A stretch of 64,000 nucleotides of DNA. Source: Squalus acanthias. Taxonomy: Eukaryota. Numbering within the stretch: position 1 is the first letter of the stretch; every line of letters starts with the position of its first letter. Below, in pieces: positions 12,601 through 24,550 of this stretch. The translations under genes were made by a program, and so were the position numbers. Where the stretch lies: the NCBI GenBank assembly GCA_030390025.1, contig CM059432.1:45882001-45946000 (forward strand), in the 5' to 3' direction. The notes beneath the pieces were generated by a model. That model saw only the letters and a list, made by a program, of their open reading frames with translations, was not told where the DNA came from and made no database searches.

Positions 12601-12852
12601 TTACAAATAGAGGTTGAAATTCGGCTGAAAACTGTACTTAATGTATTGGCTAGCACGCTTGGGTAAAAGTCCTATGCTCAATATTTTAAGAAGTTTGCTA
12701 ACTGGTGGGTTAATGATTCTTCGATAATAACATAGAATGGAAATTTAAACAGTTCTATAAAAATAGTGCTGAATGGAATTCAAACCCTACCAATAATAAG
12801 CAAACTCCTCTTGCTGCGGTTTGATATGATTTGTGTTTCTTTAAGAACCTAT

Positions 12853-13446
12853 GGGGGAAAAAATGGCTCGAGCCCCTTTGGGCCGCTACTTTTAGTGCCA
12901 CGAAAAAGATAGCACCCCCGTGCCCGAAATTCAATGGTAGCGCCCCAAGCAGGAGGCGGGGCGCTACTGTAAGCGCTCCCCCTCCCTCTTGGGGTGCTCC
13001 CATTGAATATCGCGGTGCTACGTGCAGCAGCGCCACGCGCGTCGACACGTAGCCCCGCGGTACTACAGGCCTCCCTCCCCTGATTAAAAGGGAGGGGCCT
13101 AGCGCAGCGCGCACCGGGGCCCTGCTGGATCACCGTGGAGCGGGGTGCCGGGAAAAGAGCCGGATTGCAGCTGGCACCCCGCAGGAGGAGGTGGGAGGGG
13201 GCAGGTGCTGGCAGGCGGCCCAAAAAAAAATGGCCGCCCGGCACCTGCCCTTTAATTTGCGCCGCAGAAAAACGCCCCCCTGACCCCGTTGGACATAGTG
13301 TCCAGCGGTAGGTCAGGGGGCGCGAGCCAAGTTTACGGCTGCGGCGTGAGTGGGGCGCTGCGCCCGGCTACTGCCGCCGCTAACCTCCCACTGAATTTCC
13401 CTCGGGGCGCTAACGGGTGGCGCAAAGCAACCGAATTTTTCCCCCC
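12853..13446. mobile_element. GC-rich Harbinger MITE
   Basis: TIRs GGGGGAAAAAAT / AATTTTTCCCCCC; TSD TAT on both sides. Homologous (inverted) to 24551-26837. Confidence 0.85.
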
Positions 13447-14039
13447 TATGAGTTTCATGGTCCTTTATTTGATAATTTTAGAGAAAAAGCAGATGTGACT
13501 ATAAAGTGGGAAACAGCACCTTATACTTTCCTCTCTTTTACTAAAATTAGCAAACATAGGAAAGTAAACCCAGTGTAATTTTCCTCTCAGGCAAGCCCTT
13601 GTGGGTTAAGTTAAACCTTGCAAAGTAACAATTTTTTTTTGGTAAAGCACAGGCTAGTTACCAGTTTTCCTTTGAAACTATATTTAATCTAAATGTAAAA
13701 GTAGAAAAAAAAACATTGAACATTAATTTATGCCTCACCACATCTTCTAAGGGTTGAAATTGTTCTTAGTGACTGAAGGGCAGATTAACCTGTTTTACTT
13801 GTTATTCATGAACCACTGATAAAATAGCAAATGCTTGCGATGTTTAAACAATCAACTTTTTGCAAAATGGCTGAATCAGCAAACCGAATCAATGCACCTC
13901 AACTAGATACCCAGAATTTGTGTTCGCTGCTGGCCCCGAAGTACGCTCTGCACAAGGATCTCGCAATCCCTGTATCGAGAACTTTGGGTTTTCTGACCTG
14001 GAATTCAATTCAACGGACCTTTATTGGGATCCCCTTTTT

Positions 14040-14265
14040 CGAACAGAGAGTGATGAGAATGTGGAAATCGCTACCACAGGGAGTAGTTGAAGCGAATAGT
14101 ATAGATGCATTTAAGGGGAGGTTAGACAAGCATATGAGGGAGAAGGGAGTAGAGGGTTATGCTGATAGATTTAGATGAGGAAAGACGGGAGGAGGCTCGA
14201 GAGGAGCATAAAAGCTGACATGGACTGGTTGGGCCGAATGGCCTGTTTCTGTGCCGTATATCCTA
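14040..14265 (+). mobile_element. CR1 3' end fragment
   Basis: Reads QRVMRMWKSLPQGVVEANSIDAFKGRLDKHM, followed by the tail GGGCCGAATGGCCTGTTTCTGTG. Confidence 0.85.
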
Positions 14266-14488
14266 TGAACTGCTGTGATGTCAACAGGCTGTCTAAACAG
14301 CCAATCATAAGGCAGAATTCTCACAGACAGTGACCAAGGAAGTGAGTAAGCTCTTAAAATTCTATCTTTTTTTAAATAGTTAGAGAGAGCAAAAGAAAGA
14401 TTGGGGTTCTCGCATGGGGAAAAGGCAAACCTAAAATAAAGATGCACAAACTTAAACAAAATAAAAAAGGGACAGTGGAAACCCCAAA

Positions 14489-15052
14489 GGGGGAAAAATT
14501 GGGTTGGTTTGCGCCTCTCGTTAGCATGCCCAGGGGGCGCTAACAGAGCGCAAATCCCCTAGTGCCCAAGCGCGGCGCTGCTAACGCTTTCCACAAAATT
14601 CAGCGGGAGGTTAGCGGCGGCGGTAGCCGGTAGCACCCCGCAGTGCTGTGCCGCTGGCGATGACGTCATCGCCGAGCGACGCCACCCCTTAGCACCCCAC
14701 CGCGGTCCCTTATCGCCCCACAGCAGAAATTCGGCTGCGCCCCGCGAAGCTGCCACAGACAATGTCAATGGACTACAGAGTGCGCAGCATCCCTCCCCTT
14801 TAACGGAAGGGGAGGGGCGATGAAATGCGTCAGCGCTATGCGGAGCAGCCGCATAGTGCTCCGGCGCTACCGCGCTTTGCGCCCCAGACACCACCCCTAG
14901 AGGAAGTGGAGCGCCCAAGATAGCACTCTGCTACCCTGCCGGGGCGGTATGCCCAATTTAGTGGCCGGGGCGGTACTCCCACGCCAGGTGCTAAATGTCT
15001 GGCACTAATTTGGTTACCGCCCCCAAATGGGGCGCAACCGAATTTCTCCCCC
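14489..15052. mobile_element. GC-rich Harbinger MITE
   Basis: TIRs GGGGGAAAAATT / AATTTCTCCCCC; TSD AAA on both sides. Subterminal sequence matches the ends of the element at 44463-48610. Confidence 0.85.
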
Positions 15053-15159
15053 AAAGAATTTCCCACTGCACCACCCTTGCTGGGTAAAATACACTAGAGC
15101 CGACATCAGGAGCAGAACTTCAGCATCAAGGTTGCAAAGACTCCATAAACTTGAGGTCA

Positions 15160-15660
15160 TCTAAAACTCTGCCGCCATTGTCCTAACTCGTACTAAGTCC
15201 TGTTCACCCATCACCCTTTTGCTCGCTGACCTACATTGGCTCCCGGTTAAGTAACGCCTTGAATTTAAAATTCCCGTCCTTGTTTTCAAATCCTTCCATG
15301 GCCTCCCTATCTCAGTAATCTCCTCCAGCCCTACAACCCTCCAAGATCTCAAGCGCTCCTCCAATTCTGGCTTCTTAAGGATCCCCGATTTTAATCGCTC
15401 CACCATTGGCAGCCGTGCCTTCAGCTGCCTAGGCCTATAGCTCTGCATTTCCCTTCCTAAACCTCTCCGCCACTCTACCTCTCTTTCCTCCTTTAAGATG
15501 CTCCTTAAAATCTATCTCTTTGACCAAGCTTTCGTTCATCTGCACTAATATCTCTTTATTTGGCTCGGTGTTAAATGTTGTCTGATAACGCTCCTGTGAA
15601 GCGCCTTGGGAAGTTTTACAATGTTAAAGGAGCTATAGAAATTCAAGTTATTGTTGTTTC
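15160..15660 (+). mobile_element. L2 LINE 3' fragment
   Basis: Contains CATCACCC...CTACATTGGCTCCCGG (HIT..L..LHWLP) and a TTGTTG tail. Homologous to 3148-3660. Confidence 0.85.
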
Positions 15661-15995
15661 ACAGACCAAGATCCGACTGTCCCTAGTGGATTGTGTAATG
15701 GAGAAACCATAGGGCTTTTCTGGTACAAAAAAAGCCAACAAGACATGGAGGCAGGCCGCGAGAAATTCAACAACAGAATTATATGTAATTAATGTCTATC
15801 ATTTGGAGAGCAAAGGGAAGGCAAGAGGATTCTTGTAAACAAACAGTGGAAGAAATACATATATATTTATTCCCTGAGGGAATGTCCATCTGTCCTTTTG
15901 CTTTAAGTAGCTGTATGACATTTGATTGCCTCAGAATGAAAGCAATATGCATAATGTGTATGGTCATTATTTTTTGTGAGGGAGTCATACGCCAT

Positions 15996-16840
15996 GGGGG
16001 TGATTTTGCCAATGGGGACGTGATGGAGGCGGGACTGCAGCTTGTCGGGTTTTAGTCCCGCCTCCATTGACATCCGGCCAACCCACGCTATTTTCCCTTG
16101 ATTGACCTTGTTAAGCCCGCCCAGCGGGTTTAGCCGACCAATTAAGGGAAAGCCGGTGACAGAGAACGTCAACGTATGACGTTTCATCGGTCAAAATGTT
16201 TAACAGATGAATTGCCATCGCTTGACAGCTTTGAGAAGCTGTCAAACACCGACATTCTCTGTTGTTTGGTGAGTCCTTGTATTCAAGACTCACCAAACCT
16301 ATTTCCTGAGCAGAAATCAGATGGCTGTTGCATCAGAGAATGCAGCAGCTATTCTGTCATCTCTGCCGTGGAGATGCCGGAGCCTCCGCATCCCCAATCA
16401 TTGAAGCCTGCAGGAAGAAACAAAGGTAAGGAAACTTTTTCTAAGACTTTTCACTCACCTCACATACTTACCTCTCTACACTTGCACCCATCACTCACCT
16501 CCACAGCGCACTTTTCAAACCCTCTGACCCCCGCAGACCCACTGTTCACCTCGCTGACCCTGGTGGGGTTTCCCGATGTCGGGAAGCCCGTACTTGTGTT
16601 GGAAAAATGGGGATAATCTTCTCAACTGCCTGTTAACTACCTGTTAACAGGCAGTTAAGTGGCTGTAATCCCCTTCCCGCCTCGAGGAGAATGAGTCCCA
16701 GCCCAAGCGGGGACCCGCCTCCTGGGAAGATGGCATGGAGGCGGGTTAGGGGCGGGTTCGGTACCCGCTCCCAGTTTCTGCCATTTTCCCGGCAGTCCCC
16801 CCTCCAAATCCGCCTCCCCAGGGCTGGCAAAATCGCCCCC
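15996..16840. mobile_element. Non-autonomous Harbinger-type element (MITE), copy 2
   Basis: TIRs GGGGGTGATTTTGCCA / TGGCAAAATCGCCCCC; TSD CAT on both sides. Confidence 0.88.
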
Positions 16841-16884
16841 CATATGCATTTTGATGGAATAAGAGCTCTTCCTGTTTAGGTATC

Positions 16885-17448
16885 TGACTCCCCAAAGCCT
16901 TTCAACCATCTACAAGGCACAAGTAAGGAGTGTGATGGAATACTCTCCACTTGCCTGGATGACTATAGCTCCAACAATACTCAAGAAGCTCGACACCATC
17001 CAGGACAAAACAGCCTGCTTGATTAGCACCCCATTCACCACCGTAAACATTCACTCCCTCCACCACCGGCGTACCGTGGCTGCAGTGTGTACCATCTACA
17101 AGATGCACTGCAGCAACTCGCCAAGGCTTCTTTGGAGCAACTCCCAAACCCGCGACCTCTTCCACCTAGAAGGACAAGGGCAGCAGGCGCATGGGAACAC
17201 CACCACCTCAAGTTCTCCTCCAAGTCACACACCATCCTGATTTAGAAGTATATCGCCGATCCTTCATCGTCGCTGGGTCAAAATCCTGGAACTCCCTCCC
17301 TAACAACACTGTGGGAGTACTTTCACCACACGGACTGCAGCGGTTGAAGTAGGCGGCTCACCATCACCTTTTCAAGGGCAACTAGGGATGGGCAATAAAT
17401 GCTGGCCTTGCCAGCGATGCCCACATCCCATAAATGAATTAAAAAAAA
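16885..17448 (+). mobile_element. CR1-group 'family A' LINE 3' fragment
   Basis: Reads YKAQVRSVMEYSPLAWM...IHSLHHRRTVAAVCTIYKMHC; 3' end GGGCAATAAATGCTGGCC...AAAAAAAA. Confidence 0.88.
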
Positions 17449-17882
17449 ATGCCTTTAGGTTGTTGGTAAGCACCTGAATGGCTACAGGTGTACAGTCCAT
17501 TGTGGCTTGTGCCTTGAGGAAGCTTGGTAGGTTTTGCCTCCCTCTGCTGCTCATGGTCATGGTTGAAATGTATGTAGTTGGGTGAATGGCAAAACAAGCC
17601 TTCAGTTACCACCTTAACAGTGTGATGTGTGCAAAAGTACCTGTCTCCTACATACAGGCCAACGTACAAAACACATAAAACCTGCAAACAGCTTCTAAAA
17701 ATATGCAGCTGAAAAGCACCCCTCAATATAGCTCCATGACCAAGGTCACTGCTTCAAGGTGCCTGAATAAAAATTTTTTTTTAATTACATTGGATTTGAG
17801 GATTTTTATTAGTGTTTTTGGGATCACATTCTGCAATTCAGTTAATTTTTCTGTGAAAACTGAAAGCCAATAGCCTCACAAG

Positions 17883-19665
17883 ACATAAGAACATAAGAAC
17901 ATAAGAAATAGGAGCAGGAGTAGGCCAATCGGCCCCTCGAGCCTGCTCCGCCATTCAATAAGATCATGGCTGATCTGATCCTAACCGCCAATCTACTATC
18001 TATCACAGAACCATCTCCTGCATCTAACAGAATTGCACACACGAAATAGGAGCAGAATCAGGCTACACAGTCCCTGGGCCCGCTCCACTACCCACAGGGC
18101 CATGACCGATCCGAACCTAGACTCATGTCCAAATTCCTGCCCGCTCCCCGTAACCCTTAATGCCCTTTACTTCTAGGAAACTGTCTATTTCTGTTTTAAA
18201 TTTAATTAATGTTGTAGCTTCTACAGCTTTTTGTGGCAGCATATTCCATGGACCTACCACCCTCTGAGTGAAGTAGTTCCTCCTCATCTCAGTTTTGAAA
18301 GAGCAGCCCCTTATTCTAAGACTATGTCCCCTAGTTCTCGTCTCACCCGTCATCGGGAACATCCTCCCCGCATCCACCCGATCCAACCCCTTCACAATCT
18401 TATATGTTTCAATAAGATCGCCTCTCATTCTTCTGAACTCCAATGAGTAGAGTCCCAATCTACCCAACCTCTCCTCATATGACCACCCCCTCATCCCCGG
18501 GATTAACCGAGTGAACCTTTTTTGCACTGCCTCGAGAGCAAGGATGTCTTTCCTTAAGTAAGGACACCAAAACTGTATGCAGTATTCCAGGTGCGGTCTC
18601 ACAAATACCTTGTACAACTGAAGCAATACCTCCCTATTTTTATATTCTATCCCCCTAGCAATGAAAGCCAACATTCCATTTGCCTTCTTAATCACTTGCT
18701 GCACCTGCATACTAACCTTTTGAGTTTCGTGCACCAGGACCCCCAGATCCCTTTGCACTTCAGTACTCTCCAGTTTCTTGCCATTAAGATAATAAATTGC
18801 TCTAGGATTTTTCCTGCCAAAGTGCATCACCTCACACTTTCCAGTGTTGTATTCCATCTGCCAAATCTCTGCCCACTTACTTAGCCTGTCTATGTCCCCT
18901 TGCAGGTTTTTTATGTCCTCCTCACTCACTACTTTCCCTCCCATCTTAGTATCATCTGCAAATTTTGATATGTTACACTTGGTCCCTTCCTCCAAATCGT
19001 TAATATAGATTGTGAAGAGTTGGGTCCCAGCACTGACCCCTGTGGAACACCACTAGTTACTGATTGCCAGTCTGAGAATGAACCATTTATCCCAACTCTT
19101 TGCTTTCTGTTAGATAGCCAATCCTCTATCCATGCCAGAATATTACCCCCAATCCCGTGATTTTTTACCTTAAGCAATAATCTTTTGTGTGGCACCTTGT
19201 CAAATGCCTTTTGGAAGTCTAAATACACTACGTCCACTGGTTCCCCTTTATCCACTCTATATGTTACTTCCTCAAAGAACTCCAGCAAATTTGTCAAACA
19301 TGACTTCCCCTTCGTAAAACCATGCTGACTTTGTCCTATTAAATTATGATTATCCAAATGTCCTGTTACTGTTTCCTTAATAATGGACTCCAAAATTTTA
19401 CCTACCACAGATGTTAGGCTAACCGGTCTATAGTTACCAGCCTTCTGTCTACTGCCCTTTTTAAATAAGGGTGTTACATTAGCAGTTTTCCAGTCTGCCG
19501 GGACCTTAGCGGAATCCAGGGAGTTTTGAAAAATTATTACCAATGCATCTACAATCCCTACCGCCACTTCCTTCAAGACTCTAGGATGTAAGCCATCAGG
19601 TCCAGGTGATTTATCCGCCTTGAGTCCCATTATTTTACCGAGTACCACTTCCTTAGTGATTTTGA
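17883..19665 (-). mobile_element. CR1/HER1 LINE, RT through 3' tail, one frameshift
   Basis: ORFs 18929-19648 and 18123-18995 carry YLDFQKAFDKVPH, GVPQGSVLGP and KFADD. Ends in an (ACATAAGA)n tail. Confidence 0.95.
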
Positions 19666-19849
19666 TTTAGAAGCAGTTACACGGGAGTGGGTGGGATATG
19701 AACTTGTCATGATTTGAGCTTCAGTTGTGTTATAGGAAATAAGTAAAGCACATATAAGTGCAATTTCTGCAATGGTGGGTTTAGAAATTTTTGAAGGGGT
19801 AAGTGATGATGCAAAATGTATTTTCTAAGGTAGGTCTGGGGGTATGCTC

Positions 19850-20540
19850 TGCCCAGAAAAATGTGATTTTTGACACATTTTGATGCTTTTCTGAAACAAA
19901 ACATGACGGTGAGTGGAGCTCACTCGATCTCCAGGTGAGCTGGCAACAACACAATGCTGTATGTTAAAAGGAGCACGTTTCAGAAATGCCCAGAACAAAC
20001 ACTCTGAAGCTGTCCTGTCCAATGTCACCCAACACATCACTGATGAAGACATCGAATGAAATGGTGGACAGTGGGCAATCTTGCTTTACTCCTATTGCTA
20101 GAGAAAAAGATTCAGTTTCCCATCTGATTTTACATGGACCTTGGAGCTGGAGTACATATCCTGGATAAAATCCAAGATGGCCTTTTACTCCCATTAGCTT
20201 TAGCTTTTTTATGAGGGCTGCACGAGGCACTAGGTCAAAAAGCTTACCAAAGTGAATGACAGCAGTGCAAGTGAGGTTCCCTTTTAGATTTACGATGTTC
20301 TGTGATCTCGAAAAAGCCACAAACTGTCCGGCCAATCCTTCCTGAGTGCACAGTGCCTGTTCCTTTCTGATTGCCTGCCGGCCTTCAAAGTATCTGATAC
20401 GTGTATTATGACAACCTGAAGGACCACCTTAAGAGATACTGATATCAGCAAAAGCAAATTTTGTGGCATTCTGCAGTGACTTACCAAGAAGTGCCAAAGG
20501 CAGTAATAAGTGCTGATTTCCATTAGCAAAGCTAAAAGGC
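19850..20540 (-). mobile_element. Highly degenerate non-LTR RT fragment (RTE/L1-like, clade uncertain)
   Basis: ORF 19964-20335 reads HFGKLFDLVPRAALIKKL...GVKQDCPLSTISFDVFISD. Confidence 0.6.
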
Positions 20541-20569
20541 AGACAGGACTCAGAAAACATTGACTGCCA

Positions 20570-20850
20570 GTGTGAAATGTGAATGGTTGGCACGTCTGGC
20601 TCTATAAAACCAGAAAGCCCCAAGTTCGATTCCTGGTCTTTGCTGAGTTAGTTCACCGCAGCGAGGATAGCTGGTGGGCTTTGCAATTGTCCTTAGTGTC
20701 CATCAGATATAGAGGGGGAAACCAGGGAGCCTTCCCAGCTCTGATCGCTGTCTGGTGACCCGCAGCTGCAAAATGTGCATAAGTGGATGTCGGTGTGATG
20801 CCCTGCAGTCAAATAGTCTATTAATATTCACTGGTAATCTGGTGACTAAG
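20570..20850 (+). mobile_element. Old SINE-like interspersed repeat
   Basis: Has a B-box-like GTTCGATTCC at ~20624. A related inverted copy lies at ~51300-51500 (AATTGGCCTCAGT...TTCCCAGTCCTGAT). Confidence 0.5.
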
Positions 20851-21139
20851 AACGTATGTTCTAAACATTTATATTTATCTGTTGAAGGAGAGATTCCTGC
20901 CCCAATCGTGCGGCAGAATGGGACTTCTGCACGCCCAAGTCCCACCAGAAATCACAGGGTTAGCCCATTAGAATATTGCCGGGCTGGACAAAGGTGTGAG
21001 TCATGCCAGCAATTGGGAAGTCTGCAAAACACGTGTGATGGGCAGAGGAAGTACTTTCGAGAAGCATAGATACAGCACCTAAATCTGGACTGCTCTTTGT
21101 GAGCAGGTGTAAAAAGCTGGAGAATCAGTACATGACCTT

Positions 21140-21470
21140 GGATAGGGCTGTGCACAGTCAGGTTTCAACCAGACCACAAGGGAGTCATGACTCTCAGCAA
21201 AATTAGACTGAAGCATAATATATCTGGAACTAGAACAGGACATACTGAGGAAAGGATAGAATGAATATTAAAGGGGTCAAGAAGAGATTCAGTGGTGGTA
21301 GCCCACCTAGGAGTAAATGACAAAGGGACTAATAACATAAGGGCCTTAAAAGTCATTTACATGAGGATCAGCTCCAAAATCAAAGGTAGAAGATGCGAGA
21401 TAAAGTTCTCTGGTTTAACTCCTGTGCTTGGGAAAGGAGCAGAATTTATTGAAAAAATTCAGATATAGAT
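21140..21470 (+). mobile_element. CR1 ORF1 (SGNH esterase) remnant
   Basis: DSVVVAHLGVNDK resembles the VVVHVGTND esterase block. A second remnant, MGDSIVRGID, lies at ~23046-23075. Confidence 0.55.
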
Positions 21471-21699
21471 TAATCATTCTGTAAAAACAATAATGTATTG
21501 TTCATAAATAACTGGTGATACTTTCAAAACAAATTTTGGAAGGGATTTTTTCCCTAATTGGCCTGGGTTTTTAATCTGTTTTTTCATGTCTCCAAGGAGA
21601 TTACATGGTTTCCGGGTACGGTGGGATGTGTATGTATTATAAGACATCACAATTATATGGGACAGGATGCATCTATAGGTCTTTTCCTGTCCTTCATTT

Positions 21700-22050
21700 T
21701 TCATATGTTCATAGATGTTTAAAATAATGAAGGGTTGGGAGACGATTGATAGAAACATAGATATAGACAATTGATTAAATGTGTAATTTAGGACAGAGTG
21801 CAGGCGAAACTTTTTACACAGTTTTGTGAGGCTAAGGCATGCAGAACCAGAGCTAATGATTGGAGGAGATATTATCATGTCATCTTTTAAGAACAAGTTA
21901 GATAGGTGGTTGAAAGAAAGACGGATAAAACGATATGGGAATAGGGCAGTCACATGGGCTAAGGACTGCCGCTCATGTAGATGATAAACACCAGCACAGA
22001 CTGTTTGGGCCAAATGGCCTGTTTCTGTGTTGTAATTTCCATGTAATTAT
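21700..22050 (+). mobile_element. Old CR1 3' fragment
   Basis: Degenerate RRNFFTQ...FKNKLDRWLK, followed by the GGGCCAAATGGCCTGTTTCTGTG tail. Confidence 0.7.
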
Positions 22051-23639
22051 GCAAAAACCAACATTATTAGCAAAATAACCATTCTGTTCTAAACTGGCAG
22101 TTCTTAAAATCTCCTTTTCCAAACCTTACAGCCACAGAAGCCCAATAAGAAGAAATAACAATCAGAGTTTTCTTTGATTTTATTCACTATAATGGCACTA
22201 ATAAAACAACCTGACCATCAACCAAGATTCTTTACCTATACTGCAGCTATAAATGTCAGCATACATTATTTATGCACGTTACGAATATTGCAGAGGTTAT
22301 CAGAAGGGCACACTGCCATGGGAAATATCAACACATTCTCTGCAGCCACATATGTGTGTACTTGTATTAATCTGAAGGTATATTACAGTGTGTCGAGCTT
22401 TCATTTCAGGTGAATTTTTTTAAAAGTCATGACGGATAATATACAAATTTGAATCATTGGTGTAATACTATTGTTAAAGAATGCCTTAGAGTGCTTACAT
22501 CCTTTGTACAGGGGCCTGCAGGCTATATGTCAAATTATATGCCTTCTCTGGTACTGGTACACTACAGATGTTTGTAAGAACACTTGCAACATATTTACTG
22601 CATGAATTATTTTGCTGTATCAATTAATGAACAGTATCTTTCTACCAATAACATATTAAAAGTCCTGCGTGTAGTGCCTACTTTCTGTAAGTGTCGCATC
22701 TACTTCCTGTGACATTTTTCCAATCACAGTTTCCTTGACACACTTTGTTGATAGGCTCAAATTACAACTGCAGCGAATCAGAACTGAAAAGGTAGGTAAC
22801 TTGTGAATCAAATGCAAGGAAAGCAGCTGGAAAATTTCCAATCATAAACTACTAAGGACTTATGAAAATAACCAATCCCCGGATAACCAGTCAGTAGAAA
22901 CTAACAATAAAAGACATTCTAAAATGATGAATCAATCAAATCACTTAGAGGAGGGTGGTCTTGAGTAGCATTACGACACTGTGGAGCAAGGGACTACCCA
23001 AGGGGGTGAGAGGCAGGTAGACTACAAGAATAGGAAAGTGGTGTAATGGGAGATTCTATAGTCAGGGGTATAGATAACCTCTTCTGATGTTGCCTCCCTA
23101 GTGCCAGAACAGTCATACTGGGTTAGAAACAATGATATAACTAGAGGTACATTTGAGGTCTTGCAGAGGAAGGTTAACGAGTTAGGCTCTAAACTGAAAA
23201 ACCTCAAGGGTGGCAATCTCCAGATTGTTCTTGTGTCACATGAAGATGGCTTGATTTATGCTGAGTAATTTGTCAAAATAGAATGCAAATTGTATCTCTG
23301 TCTTACTGTAAAGTAATTTAATGCACTCATATTAGTTGTTTTAACATTATTAGAGATTTCTTATTAATCACAAAATGCATTTGTAGCATCATAATAAATA
23401 CTGTGAATTAAATTAATTTTTATTTTATGAATCAGTTCCATATATAATATAACATGTATGGGAAATTTGGAACTAAGCACTTGTCTAACAATGTACGTTT
23501 ACACACAAAAAAAGGTTTTTGGAAACCATCCTGTCAACTTACTTAAAGCTAACCCTTTCTCCAATTATTCATTTAAGTTGTATTTTAATCATTAGCATGA
23601 TAATGCATTATTGCTGTGTTTAACTTATTGCAGAAAATA

Positions 23640-24015
23640 TAAGATTACTGTAAGGATCAGGAAAGCAAAGAAAGTATGAGGAGAGAATCTCAAAAATATT
23701 CAAATGAACTTTAACGTTTTCTACAATATTTCAATAAAATGAGAATTGTTAAATGTGATGTGGGACCTCTGAGTGGAGAGGACAAGCAAAAATTGATGGG
23801 GATACTTAACAAGTACTTCACATAATTGTTTAAAAAAGACAAGGATATTTGGGAGGGTGTAAATCCTGAATTGGTTAGAAGTGGGAGGAGAGACGTTATA
23901 ATAAATAAAAGGAAAGTATTAGAGAAGTTAGTTACAGGAGGACAAGTGCTGGGCTTTAATGCGATATATCCAAGGATCCTGAGGGAAATGGGAGTAGATA
24001 TAGCAGTGGCCCCAG
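23640..24015 (+). mobile_element. Degenerate CR1 ORF2 fragment
   Basis: Reads LNKYF...KVLEKL...IYPRILREMGVDIA. Confidence 0.6.
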
Positions 24016-24550
24016 AAATGATGAAGTCAATTTTAACCCCAAACAGGTTGGAAAGGTGGGGGATGGGGGTGGAAGTGTGGGGGGGGGCGGGGGGGCGGGG
24101 AGGTGGTCGAGGGGCAAGTGCAAATACACTCGCTGGCCTAAGTATGAGATCCTGTAACTCTATTTATTGACTATGGAGGTGCTATTACACCAGGGAGAAC
24201 AGTAGAGGTGGGAAACCACCTGAGAACCAGTGGGATGAGAGCATAGAAAGTAAAGGCAAGGCAGCTGTGGAATAGATTGCCAGAGCTGTCACTATTAGCA
24301 TAGGTGGAGGCCCAGAAAAGAAAGAACTGGTAGTTCGAGAGAGCAGTTGAGTGGGGCCTTGTGGTAGTTTTAGTAACATTTGTTATTAATGTCAGTCAGT
24401 AACAAACAAGAAAAGAATTCAGAGCGAACAAATATGTACTGTTTTTTGCTCAGCCATTTTTAACTAACTACATGCAGTTGTCAATTATATTCACACCTTA
24501 AGGTCACAGGGGATAAACTATGTATACCAAGATACAGCAATATTGATATA

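Noticed and set aside
22656..22841. Resemblance of VDATLTES (and VTSMK at ~11480) to IL-15 motifs
   Set aside because: The matches are very short, and the exon sizes, phases and cysteines do not fit. Likely chance.
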